A DNA stretch of 41,600 nt from a virus. Its lineage: Duplodnaviria; Caudoviricetes. The translations under genes and the position numbers were made by a program. Below, one piece after another: positions 8,184 through 17,142 of this stretch. The stretch is from IMG/VR virus record IMGVR_UViG_3300032116_000469, positions 1 to 41,600 of that record; one strand, 5' to 3'. Below the pieces are notes generated by a model, which made no database searches, was not told the origin of the DNA, and saw only the letters and a program-made list of their open reading frames with translations. Within the stretch, counting starts at the first letter, position 1. Every line of letters begins with the position of its first letter.

Positions 8184-8870
8184 ATGAAACCTATACCAAT
8201 TTTTATTGGCTATGATCCCAGAGAAGCCATAGCCTATCATACCTGTGCCAACAGTATCATAAGAAACAGCAGTGTGCCTGTGGCTATTGTGCCGGTAGCG
8301 TTGAACTTATTCAAAGAGTACACAGAAACGCACACTGACGGTAGTAATCACTTTATCTATACTAGATTTCTAGTGCCCTACTTTATGGGCTGGCAGGGAT
8401 GGGCTATATTCATCGACGGTGACATGATTGTGCGAGGAGACATTGCCGAACTATGGGAGTATCGAGCACTGGCCTGTGACGCGGTTGTAGTCAAACACGA
8501 TTACAAAACCAAACGTCGAGAAAAATATCTTGGTAGTCCCAACGAAGACTATCCAAGAAAAAATTGGAGCAGTGTGATACTGTGGAACTGTAGCAGTTAT
8601 CCAAATCGTCAACTGACTCCAGAATTTGTACAGCGTAGTACTGGCAGTTACCTACACCGATTTAGTTGGCTCGAAGATGAGCGTATCGGCGAGTTGCCCA
8701 AGGAGTGGAATTGGCTACCAGACGAGTATGGCGCAAATCCTGATGCCAAACTGTTACATTACACGCTGGGCACTCCCTGTTTTCATGAGTTTGCTGATAC
8801 ACCGCAGTCGGAAGAATGGCATCGCGAGCGCATACTCACTGAGTATTGTCAGCAAAGGTCTATAACATGA
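8184..8870 (+). CDS. GT-A glycosyltransferase (GT8-like)
   Basis: IFIGYDPRE, F.YTRFLVP, FIDGDM, YPRKNWSS, WNWL, HYTLGTP. Confidence 0.85.
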   Translation: MKPIPIFIGYDPREAIAYHTCANSIIRNSSVPVAIVPVALNLFKEYTETHTDGSNHFIYTRFLVPYFMGWQGWAIFIDGDMIVRGDIAELWEYRALACDAVVVKHDYKTKRREKYLGSPNEDYPRKNWSSVILWNCSSYPNRQLTPEFVQRSTGSYLHRFSWLEDERIGELPKEWNWLPDEYGANPDAKLLHYTLGTPCFHEFADTPQSEEWHRERILTEYCQQRSIT

Positions 8871-9520
8871 TAGTCAATAAATCTAACTACAGCATTGATC
8901 ATTTTTTACACAGTCCTGTTATCACTGGAAGATACAAAAGCAACGGCATTGAACGTAAACGTCACTTGTACCAATGTCAACAATTTGTCAGCAGCGACGG
9001 ATTGCTGTTGGAGTTTGGTGTATTCAAAGGCAAAACACTAAACCAAATTTGTCAGTACTGGCCTGATCGCACCGTATTTGGCTTTGACAGTTTTGTGGGT
9101 CTGCCCGAGCACTGGTTTATAGACGGCGAAGCTGGTCTAAGTATCAGAGCCAACAAGTTTGATCTTACCAACAGTGATCCAATTGACTATCCTGCAAACA
9201 GCATACTGGTACGTGGTTGGTATGAGGACAGTATAGATCCATGGTTAGAACGCAATGCCGGTGACATTGCTCTGCTGCACATTGATTGCGATCTGTATTC
9301 AAGTACCAAGACAGTGTTGACCAAACTAAACAGCAGAATCATACGTGGTACTGTGATTGCGTTTGATGAATTTTATCCCTGGGCTAACAGTAATCCTTAC
9401 AGTGAATGGCCAAATCATGAGTACAAGGCACTGCGAGAATGGGTCGAACAGTTTGATCGCGAGTTTGAAGTGCTATTGCATAACAGTTATCAGCAGACCA
9501 GCATACGCATACTGAGATGA
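8867..9520 (+). CDS. TylF/MycF-like sugar O-methyltransferase
   Basis: LEFGVFKG, GFDSFVGLPE, GWYED, LHIDCDLYSST, FDE; ATGA overlap at 8867. Confidence 0.85.
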   Translation: MIVNKSNYSIDHFLHSPVITGRYKSNGIERKRHLYQCQQFVSSDGLLLEFGVFKGKTLNQICQYWPDRTVFGFDSFVGLPEHWFIDGEAGLSIRANKFDLTNSDPIDYPANSILVRGWYEDSIDPWLERNAGDIALLHIDCDLYSSTKTVLTKLNSRIIRGTVIAFDEFYPWANSNPYSEWPNHEYKALREWVEQFDREFEVLLHNSYQQTSIRILR

Positions 9521-10323
9521 AAGACTGGATTTTTCTAAGCAAAGATGGCAACGACGAATACATCAATCGATTAGCCCGAGGTGTAGGTGCCACTGTCACA
9601 GACAGTCGCAACTTCGTCTATGAAAAAAGCCAACGTCCTATAGTGCTGCGAGGAATTCTCAAATATAAAATAATGCAGCTCTGTAAACAGGAAAACAGAG
9701 ATTTTTATTTTGTTGATACCGGATACTTTGGCAATACCAAAGGCAGTCGTAATAATCCACAAGGTTGGAAAGTATGGCATAGGATAGTAAAAAATGACAT
9801 ACAGTACAATGGTCCTGTGATCACCCGACCAGCAGAACGCTGGGCTAATTTAGGCATCACAATCAAACCATGGCAGACCACTGGTCGCAATGTTGTGCTT
9901 TGCCTGCCCGACGAAAAACCCATGCGCTTTTATGGTCTAGATTTAGAACAGTGGACCAAGGATACTATTGCACAGATTCGCAAACACACTGACCGGCCTA
10001 TAGTGGTGCGTGAACGAGTTAAAAATCGCAATGAACGCATGGTCACAGAGCCTTTGACAGATATCTTGCCAGACGCACACTGTGTGGTCACATTCAATAG
10101 CAATGCCGCTACTGAAAGCATAATTAATGGCGTGCCGGCATTTGTGCTGGCACCAGCACACGCAGCAAGGCCAATAGCGATCAGTGATCTAAGCAGAATT
10201 GAAAACCCAAACAAACCCGAACCAGATGTAGTAAGAAGATGGGCCTATCACTTGGCTTACCAACAGTTTCATAACACCGAACTAGACAACGGTTCGGCTC
10301 TAAGGATATTGCATGCACATTAA
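9517..10323 (+). CDS. Capsule-biosynthesis-like (KpsS/KpsC-like) GT-B protein, paralog 1
   Basis: DTGYF, RPIVVR, AHCVVTFNSNAATESIINGVP. Confidence 0.65.
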   Translation: MKDWIFLSKDGNDEYINRLARGVGATVTDSRNFVYEKSQRPIVLRGILKYKIMQLCKQENRDFYFVDTGYFGNTKGSRNNPQGWKVWHRIVKNDIQYNGPVITRPAERWANLGITIKPWQTTGRNVVLCLPDEKPMRFYGLDLEQWTKDTIAQIRKHTDRPIVVRERVKNRNERMVTEPLTDILPDAHCVVTFNSNAATESIINGVPAFVLAPAHAARPIAISDLSRIENPNKPEPDVVRRWAYHLAYQQFHNTELDNGSALRILHAH

Positions 10324-11308
10324 AATTTTTCTAAACTCGGCAAACAACGACGAAGAACGTACTCTTTTACTGCAATTTGGCGAAGGTGTTCAAAATTGGA
10401 TCAATCGCACTCAGGTCGAAATTGATCAAACCTATCAGAGCAATATAGGCAAATGGAAACCTGAATCAGGACATTGTTTACAATATACATCAGCAGACGA
10501 ATATGAAGACTGTGACGTGGCAGTAATCTTTGGCAGTGCCAAACCTAGAGAAAAAGGGCATCATTTGGTGCGCAGCAGCGTTTTCTCAAAAAGCCCTTGT
10601 TTTGTAGTTTTAGAAACTCCTTTATTGGCCAGAAAAACCAGTGAAACAAATCAGTATTGGCGTGTGGGCATAAATGGCTATTTGAACGACAACGGTTATT
10701 GGCCTGAGGTTGATAGTAGCATTACAAGAAGATCACTATTTGTTGATCCTTGGGCGGGATGGAAAAATTCTCTTGATGGTTATATTCTGTTGGCGTTACA
10801 GTTGCCCGCTGATGCCAGCATGCGCGGTAGAGATGTATCACTTTGGGCGTTTGACACCATACAGAAAATACGCAGTTACAGTAATCGGCATATTAGAATA
10901 CGTAGTCATCCGCTGACATCTGATCGTGCCTGGACGGTATATCACAGCTTGTTGGCCAAGTTGATGGTAAACGATCTACATCACAACATAACTCTCAGTG
11001 ATGGCGCACTGGTACCTTGGGAAAAAGACATTCAAGCCGCATATTGTACTGTAGCTTTTACCAGTGGACTCAGCATAGACAGTGTAATTAGTGGCATACC
11101 TGTATTGCCCACAGACCCAGGCAACTTTACTTGGGGCTTCAGTAGTCACCTGTTTACAGAGTTAGACAAACTGGAAATGGCATCAGCAGGTGTTATTGAA
11201 CAATGGTTGGAAAATCTTGCCTGGGCACAGTGGTCTGGTAAAGAAATGCAGGAAGGTATACTCTGGCCTAGACTATTACCAAAAATATCAGCGGTGCTTG
11301 AACAATGA
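10313..11308 (+). CDS. Capsule-biosynthesis-like GT-B protein, paralog 2
   Basis: LALQLPADAS, IRIRSHP, AYCTVAFTSGLSIDSVISGIP. Confidence 0.7.
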   Translation: MHIKIFLNSANNDEERTLLLQFGEGVQNWINRTQVEIDQTYQSNIGKWKPESGHCLQYTSADEYEDCDVAVIFGSAKPREKGHHLVRSSVFSKSPCFVVLETPLLARKTSETNQYWRVGINGYLNDNGYWPEVDSSITRRSLFVDPWAGWKNSLDGYILLALQLPADASMRGRDVSLWAFDTIQKIRSYSNRHIRIRSHPLTSDRAWTVYHSLLAKLMVNDLHHNITLSDGALVPWEKDIQAAYCTVAFTSGLSIDSVISGIPVLPTDPGNFTWGFSSHLFTELDKLEMASAGVIEQWLENLAWAQWSGKEMQEGILWPRLLPKISAVLEQ

Positions 11309-12249
11309 CGTTACGAGTCGCCACCTACAACGCCACCATGAATCCAAACGGATTGAAAGATCCGCAGAAGAATTCTGTGCTTGAAAAATTTGCAACTGGT
11401 GTTAATCGCATAGGCGATCATTTGATTGTACATAAACACACAAATTTGATTGATGTAGATGTGGCTATCATGGTTGGTTGGGTGCATGAAAAAAGCAAAA
11501 ACGCATCTCACCTTAATCTGCGACGTCAGGTCATTGACTATCAACTTCAAAGAAAAAAATATGTGCTAGTGGCTGACAGTAATCTTTTCTTGTATGCAAA
11601 CACTGCCAATCCATTGTATTATCTTAGATACAGTTTCAATGGTGTATTTCCTAGCACTGGCATCTACTGTGATTCGGCGCCAGATTATAACAGATGGCGA
11701 GAAATTAGTAGGAAAATGAACATAGCAGAGAAGCCATGGCGCACCACTGGAGATCATATTTTACTTTGCTTGCAACGCAATGGTGGATGGAGTATGGGCC
11801 AGTATGATGTGCAAGATTGGGCGTTGAATACCATAGAAACTATAAGAAAATACAGTCAGCGTCCTATAGTGATCAGGGCACATCCTGGTGACAAAGGAGC
11901 AAACGTATATCTTAATCCAGCTAATCCAGCGTGTCGAATTCGGCAAAAGGGTGTGTCAATAAGTGCACCTGGTCGCAGTTTGATTGAAGATTTACATAAT
12001 GCATGGTGTGTTGTCAATCATAATTCCAGCCCGGCTATAGGTGCTGCCATCGAAGGCATACCGGTGTTTGTGACTGATAAACCACGCAGCCAGGCAAGAG
12101 ATATAGCTAACATAGATCTTTCCATGATTGAAAATCCAGTCATGCCAGATCGCACTAATTGGTTATCTAGGTTATCAATGTTTCATTGGAACTTTGAAGA
12201 TATAGAATCTGGTCGTGCGTGGCAACACATGCGTCAATGGGTACAATAA
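11305..12249 (+). CDS. Capsule-biosynthesis-like GT-B protein, paralog 3
   Basis: LLCLQ, RPIVIRAHP, AWCVVNHNSSPAIGAAIEGIP. Confidence 0.7.
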   Translation: MTLRVATYNATMNPNGLKDPQKNSVLEKFATGVNRIGDHLIVHKHTNLIDVDVAIMVGWVHEKSKNASHLNLRRQVIDYQLQRKKYVLVADSNLFLYANTANPLYYLRYSFNGVFPSTGIYCDSAPDYNRWREISRKMNIAEKPWRTTGDHILLCLQRNGGWSMGQYDVQDWALNTIETIRKYSQRPIVIRAHPGDKGANVYLNPANPACRIRQKGVSISAPGRSLIEDLHNAWCVVNHNSSPAIGAAIEGIPVFVTDKPRSQARDIANIDLSMIENPVMPDRTNWLSRLSMFHWNFEDIESGRAWQHMRQWVQ

Positions 12250-12998
12250 TGAACATCGAAGTAATCACAAGTTTCAACTCTGAATATTATCAAAACATAG
12301 GTAGAGCCTGTGTTAGTAGCTGGCTCGAACACTGGCCAAAAAATATGATATTGACATGCTATGTTGAAGATTGCAGGCTAGAATCTCATGTTAGGCTATG
12401 TCAAATTCCGTTCAGTGAATTAGGCTCAAGCTATCAAGCATTTCAAAAAAGAGACATACACAGTCAAGAAAAAAAGTTTGCCAAAAAAGCCTATTCAATA
12501 ATACATGCCATGTGTAATAGCACAGCAGACTGGATAATTTGGCTTGACAGTGACGTCATAACTTTACAAAATATCACTGCTGATATATTGGATTATCTCA
12601 CTCCCGACGGCAAAGTTTCTAGCTGTCTTGGTGTATGGTATGATTTTGACAAAACTGGAAATTTTGGTAGATATTATGTGCCAGAATCTGGAATTTTCAG
12701 CTTGAATCTTAAACATTCACTTTTTCCCAGTGTACAAGCTGCATACCAAAAATGCTATAATGAATATGCATGGGAAGGACTACGTAGAAAGTTAGACAAT
12801 GATGCATTGGGTGCAGCATTGCTACCACATCGGCAGTATGTTAACGACATGTGTCAAGGATTGGCCAAACCATATAAAACACCTTTGCCACATACTAAGT
12901 TAGGACCTTATCTACAACACTACAAGGCCAAACACAGCAAGGTTGATGTTGACATCAATTTTGCGCAATGGTCCACTCAGGTAGCATTAGTCCAATAA
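12249..12998 (+). CDS. GT-A nucleotide-diphospho-sugar transferase
   Basis: VITSF, KFAKK, WLDSD (DxD), ESG, HYK; TAATG overlap at the start. Confidence 0.7.
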   Translation: MNIEVITSFNSEYYQNIGRACVSSWLEHWPKNMILTCYVEDCRLESHVRLCQIPFSELGSSYQAFQKRDIHSQEKKFAKKAYSIIHAMCNSTADWIIWLDSDVITLQNITADILDYLTPDGKVSSCLGVWYDFDKTGNFGRYYVPESGIFSLNLKHSLFPSVQAAYQKCYNEYAWEGLRRKLDNDALGAALLPHRQYVNDMCQGLAKPYKTPLPHTKLGPYLQHYKAKHSKVDVDINFAQWSTQVALVQ

Positions 12999-13795
12999 CT
13001 TTCGGGTCTGTTAACTAGCAGATCTTTGCGGTTACTACGGCCGGTGTCTTTGCGATTGCCTTTGAGATGATCTAGATAAGCTCCCCATACAGAATTGACC
13101 AATGGATGCCCTTCGGCCTGTATCTGTGTAGGACTCCAGTCTCGCCATTGCCAGCCAGGATGCCGTTGCTTGACTTCTTTTCTCACTTCATCAAAAACCC
13201 AACAATCGTTCCACTCTTTCATGGAGAATAGGCGTCCAGTATCATAGGCACGTTGAAATTCTGTCAGAAATTCTTGTGTCGACTGATCTCTGAGATTCAT
13301 GCTGTAAAGACCACATTCGGTAAACTTCTTAGGACGTCCAAGAAATCCTAACCCACAGCGAGTTTGTTCTGCAATAAACGACTCTGGAATACGTGTATGG
13401 CATACCATGTCAGCATCCATCCATAACAGCACATCTGCGTCAGTGTTGCGAGCTGCGTGACATACAGCATACACCTTATGGCTGAATCTTATTGCATCCC
13501 ATCTAAAACCAATACCTGGTTGTTTGCCTTTTTTATCAGGTGGGCCTTGTGCTACTTGTCCTCGGGCACGTGGATCATTGGACCACCGCTGTTTGAATCT
13601 AACCAGTTCAGGACTGCTATCGTGCAAATCTCTTACTATCAGATTGGCCGCTTGTTCTACCACTGTGCAATCTTCCGGGTAGGCCAGTAAAGTCACAGTC
13701 TGTGGCCAATTGGCCAAAAACGTTGTGATCATCTTTTTAGCATAGCGTTGATAGCCATCGTTGTGAAAGGTAGTTACTACTGCATATTTTGACAT
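12977..13795 (-). CDS. GT-A nucleotide-diphospho-sugar transferase
   Basis: VVTTF, RFSHKV, WMDAD, ECG, EWND, DHLKG; resembles 12249..12998. Confidence 0.75.
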   Translation of the reverse strand: MSKYAVVTTFHNDGYQRYAKKMITTFLANWPQTVTLLAYPEDCTVVEQAANLIVRDLHDSSPELVRFKQRWSNDPRARGQVAQGPPDKKGKQPGIGFRWDAIRFSHKVYAVCHAARNTDADVLLWMDADMVCHTRIPESFIAEQTRCGLGFLGRPKKFTECGLYSMNLRDQSTQEFLTEFQRAYDTGRLFSMKEWNDCWVFDEVRKEVKQRHPGWQWRDWSPTQIQAEGHPLVNSVWGAYLDHLKGNRKDTGRSNRKDLLVNRPESYWTNAT

Positions 13796-13841
13796 GTTTG
13801 AATAATCCGATAATTAGTTGAGAATATTTAAGAGGACTGCA

Positions 13842-14666
13842 ATGATAGTCAGTGTTTTTAACAAGTTTGGAGCAAAAAATAGTGCGCCGGTGTTTGAGGC
13901 CGTAGCACAGGCATTTAGACTGCACGGGCACCAGGTAGTTGAACACGATATTGATGCTGATGCTGCGGTTATCTGGAGTTTTCTATGGCACGGTCGTATG
14001 GCACCCAATCGCGATATTTGGCGACATTTCAAAGCTGACAGTCGACCAGTATTTGTGTGCGAAGTAGGTAGTATAAGTCGTAATCAAACCTGGCGTGTAG
14101 GACTTGACGGCTGTTATCTTTGGGAACATTTTGCAATAGGCGATCAGCCTAGATTTTTAGCCGGCCTAGATCCATGGCGTACCAGCGGCCACAGCGTTGT
14201 AATAGCTTGCCAACACCAACTCAGCGAGCAATGGCTAGGTATGCCTTCGATGAATACCTGGTTAGAAAACACCATAGCTGAAATTAGATTACACACCGAT
14301 CGGCCAATAATCGTAAGATCGCATCCTAGAGATCCGGTCAGTCTTCGTGGAGTCAATGTCAGTAAACCAGTTTTGTTGCCTAACACTTACGACGACTTTG
14401 ATTACGCTAGAATCATGCAAGATGCCCACTGTGTGATTAACTGGAACAGTGGAGCAGGCATTACCAGTCTAATGCAAGGTGTGCCGGTGATCAGCAGTAG
14501 TAACAGTTTGTGTCAACCTATCAGCAGCACAGATCTTGCACAAATAGAAAGTCTACCTAGACCCAATAGATCTAGCTGGTTTGGACGTCTTGGTTGGACT
14601 GAATGGACCCTGGAAGAAATCAACCAGGGTCGTTGTTTAGAATTGCTGTTACCTAAGGCGTTCTAG
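13842..14666 (+). CDS. Capsule-biosynthesis-like GT-B protein, paralog 4
   Basis: IACQ, RPIIVRSHP, AHCVINWNSGAGITSLMQGVP; GAGGA SD before the ATG at 13842. Confidence 0.7.
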   Translation: MIVSVFNKFGAKNSAPVFEAVAQAFRLHGHQVVEHDIDADAAVIWSFLWHGRMAPNRDIWRHFKADSRPVFVCEVGSISRNQTWRVGLDGCYLWEHFAIGDQPRFLAGLDPWRTSGHSVVIACQHQLSEQWLGMPSMNTWLENTIAEIRLHTDRPIIVRSHPRDPVSLRGVNVSKPVLLPNTYDDFDYARIMQDAHCVINWNSGAGITSLMQGVPVISSSNSLCQPISSTDLAQIESLPRPNRSSWFGRLGWTEWTLEEINQGRCLELLLPKAF

Positions 14667-15620
14667 ATCAGCATCAACCATGTCCTTGATCATGGTTTCA
14701 AAACTAGTTTGAGGTTGCCAACCTAGTAGACTTCTAGCACGGCCACTGTCTCCACACAAACTGTGCAGTTCGGCAGGACGTTTGAATCTAGGATCAGTAC
14801 TTACGTACTGTGACCAATGCGGCAGTCCCACGTGTTTGAACGCGATGTCTAATAATTCACGAATGCTATGTTGTTCACCTGTGGCAATTACATAATCGTT
14901 GGCTTCGGCCTGTTGTAAGATCAACCACATGGCTTCAACAAAGTCGCCGGCAAAGCCCCAATCACGTTTGGCATCAAGATTACCCAGAGTAATTGTGTCA
15001 GCCAATCCCAATTTGATTCGAGCAACACCATCGGTGACCTTGCGTGTTACAAACTCGCGCCCACGCAACGGACTTTCATGATTAAACAGTATACCCGAAC
15101 AGGCATGTAGACCATAACTTTCTCTAAAGTTTACAGTGATCCAGTGTGCATACAACTTGCTTACACCGTATGGACTTCTAGGATGGAATGGTGTGGTTTC
15201 GTTTTGCTGTCCGCCGGTACTGTTGCCATACATTTCGCTGGTGCTGGCTTGATAGAATTTAGTATTAGGACTGTGTGTCTTGATAGCGTTTAGAATGTTC
15301 AGCGGACCCATGGCGTTGACTTCTGTGGTCAACTTGTTTAGATCCCAGCTGACACCTACAAAACTCTGTGCGGCAAGATTATAAAACTCTTGTGGACGTA
15401 TTGACCGCATGAGATGATTCATGCAGTTTTCGTCAGTGATGTCGCCGGTGATTAACTCAATGTCATTTTCAATGCCTAGCCATTTTAGATTGTCTAAGTT
15501 AGGGTTGCTGTAACGTTTGATCAATCCGTAGACTCTGTAGCCTTTTTCCAACAACAGTCTAGCTAGATAAGGACCATCTTGACCGGTCATTCCGGTTACA
15601 AAAGCTTCGGGTTTGTGCAT
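14649..15620 (-). CDS. gmd: GDP-mannose 4,6-dehydratase
   Basis: TGMTGQDG, YNLAAQS, YQASTSE, PRSPYGVSK, LFNHESP, FVTRK, GNLDAKRDWG; AGGAGG SD. Confidence 0.95.
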   Translation of the reverse strand: MHKPEAFVTGMTGQDGPYLARLLLEKGYRVYGLIKRYSNPNLDNLKWLGIENDIELITGDITDENCMNHLMRSIRPQEFYNLAAQSFVGVSWDLNKLTTEVNAMGPLNILNAIKTHSPNTKFYQASTSEMYGNSTGGQQNETTPFHPRSPYGVSKLYAHWITVNFRESYGLHACSGILFNHESPLRGREFVTRKVTDGVARIKLGLADTITLGNLDAKRDWGFAGDFVEAMWLILQQAEANDYVIATGEQHSIRELLDIAFKHVGLPHWSQYVSTDPRFKRPAELHSLCGDSGRARSLLGWQPQTSFETMIKDMVDADLERLR

Positions 15621-15668
15621 TGTGCCTCCTATTCTTTATGTATAGTAGGCAAGCGGGTACTGAGATTT

Positions 15669-16427
15669 TTATTTGCGCTCAATGTCTTCTTCGACGCAAC
15701 GATCACCGTACTGTATTTCTATGATTTTCAAAGGTTCAGTTGATTCATTGGCCAGTTGATGCCATTGATCTCTACTGATGAACAGCGTTTGAAACTGCTT
15801 GTAGGTAGCACGTAGTTCAACATCTGTGGTACGCTCGTCTATGTCATAGAGTGTTGCGGTTCCTTCTGCAATGAACCAGATTTCAGCTCGATCTTTGTGT
15901 TTTTGCATACTCAAAGATTTGCCTGGATCCACAGTTAACTCTTTGACTTTGACCTGTTCGCCATTCTCGTGTAACACACGATAGTAACCCCACGTGCGTG
16001 GAGTCTTGGGTGCTTTCCAGTTTTCTAGTATCCAACTGCTGGAATTTTTCTTGTCATCTCCGCCCACACCAAACACAAACTCTACATCATCAAACACCAT
16101 TTCAGGTATGTTGTCGGAAGTGCGATCACCACCGTTGGCAAAGATGATCTGATCGTTAGGGAACATCTGTTTGACTTGTCGGATAGCGTCAATGCTAGAT
16201 CCGTCATCGTCGTTGAAAGATATTACTCTATCCACCATGTGTAGATTATCAAGTATGGTCATTCGCTCGTGCCAATTCATGAACGCACGACCTTTCTTGC
16301 GCTCTAGCCATGCGTCTGAGTTCAGGCCTACAATCAGCCAGTCGCCTAGATGTTCGGCATGATTGAGATAGGAAATATGACCAGAATGTACAGGATCAAA
16401 CCCGCCGGTTACAATAACAATTTTCAT
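15669..16427 (-). CDS. Cytidylyl/adenylyltransferase (HxGH) fused to a mannose-6-phosphate-isomerase type II-like cupin
   Basis: N-terminal TGGFDPVHSGH, GLNSD, ANGGDR; C-terminal RTWGYY, LSMQKH..RAE.W, H.L.N, IIEIQYG..EEDIER. Confidence 0.85.
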   Translation of the reverse strand: MKIVIVTGGFDPVHSGHISYLNHAEHLGDWLIVGLNSDAWLERKKGRAFMNWHERMTILDNLHMVDRVISFNDDDGSSIDAIRQVKQMFPNDQIIFANGGDRTSDNIPEMVFDDVEFVFGVGGDDKKNSSSWILENWKAPKTPRTWGYYRVLHENGEQVKVKELTVDPGKSLSMQKHKDRAEIWFIAEGTATLYDIDERTTDVELRATYKQFQTLFISRDQWHQLANESTEPLKIIEIQYGDRCVEEDIERK

Positions 16428-16437
16428 AGAGTCTAGT

Positions 16438-16890
16438 TTATACAGTAATATCTTCCATGCCGGCCGTACGCAGTCTAACAATATGACCCATTTGCCATTG
16501 TTTAGTATCCAAGGCCTTCATGATGCCTAACCATTTGTTGCGCAGCAAGGCCACTTCGTTGATAATAGTTTCAAAATCAATTACTTCATCCTCACCATCC
16601 ACATACTTTTCAGCATCTCTGCTGGTAAGGCTACGTGCGTAAGCTTCAAGATATTTTTGAAAGTGTCTACGTCGAATTTTACGTAGTTGAATGTTTAAGA
16701 AGTTCAGCACCGCTTCAATCTCCTGCAACTGATTGAAACGGTGCTCGGTAACTCCGGGTAAAGCAGTTATATTTTTTTCCACTATGCCGGAAATGCGACA
16801 TTCGCGACGTGCCTGTTCTAGTTCCTGTTCATAATGAGCTATAAAGTCAGGAATTGATCCTAGATCAGCTACTACACGACTATACCACAC
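16438..16890 (-). CDS. uvsY: UvsY-like recombination mediator
   Basis: Helical 150-aa protein with a ...EKYVDGE...K.L..K.W pattern, downstream of uvsX; GTG start. Confidence 0.65.
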   Translation of the reverse strand: MWYSRVVADLGSIPDFIAHYEQELEQARRECRISGIVEKNITALPGVTEHRFNQLQEIEAVLNFLNIQLRKIRRRHFQKYLEAYARSLTSRDAEKYVDGEDEVIDFETIINEVALLRNKWLGIMKALDTKQWQMGHIVRLRTAGMEDITV

Positions 16891-16893
16891 TGA

Positions 16894-17142
16894 TTACCAC
16901 TCCTCGTCGTCCTCATCGGTTTCTTCGTAATCTTCTTCATCGTAACCACCATCCTCATCAAGATAGCTTTCAAGTGCGGCTCTTACATCTGCATCGCCTT
17001 TGAATGCCTGTTTGATTTCGTCTGGATCAACGTCATTGTCAACTAGTATGCTCACAATGATGTCAGCTGCTTCGCTGCGATCATGACCGGGAACAAACCT
17101 ACGAATCTCACTCCAAATTTCACTTACAACTGCCGAATGCAT
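16894..17142 (-). CDS. Small acidic hypothetical protein
   Basis: 82 aa with a D/E-rich tail, coupled to uvsX. Confidence 0.75.
   Translation of the reverse strand: MHSAVVSEIWSEIRRFVPGHDRSEAADIIVSILVDNDVDPDEIKQAFKGDADVRAALESYLDEDGGYDEEDYEETDEDDEEW

Noticed and set aside
5884-16427. Glycan cluster as host chromosomal LPS/capsule DNA (prophage boundary or chimera)
   Set aside because: It is flanked on both sides by phage replication genes, shares the phage TAAATA motif and tight packing, and lacks transport/polymerase genes and an integrase.
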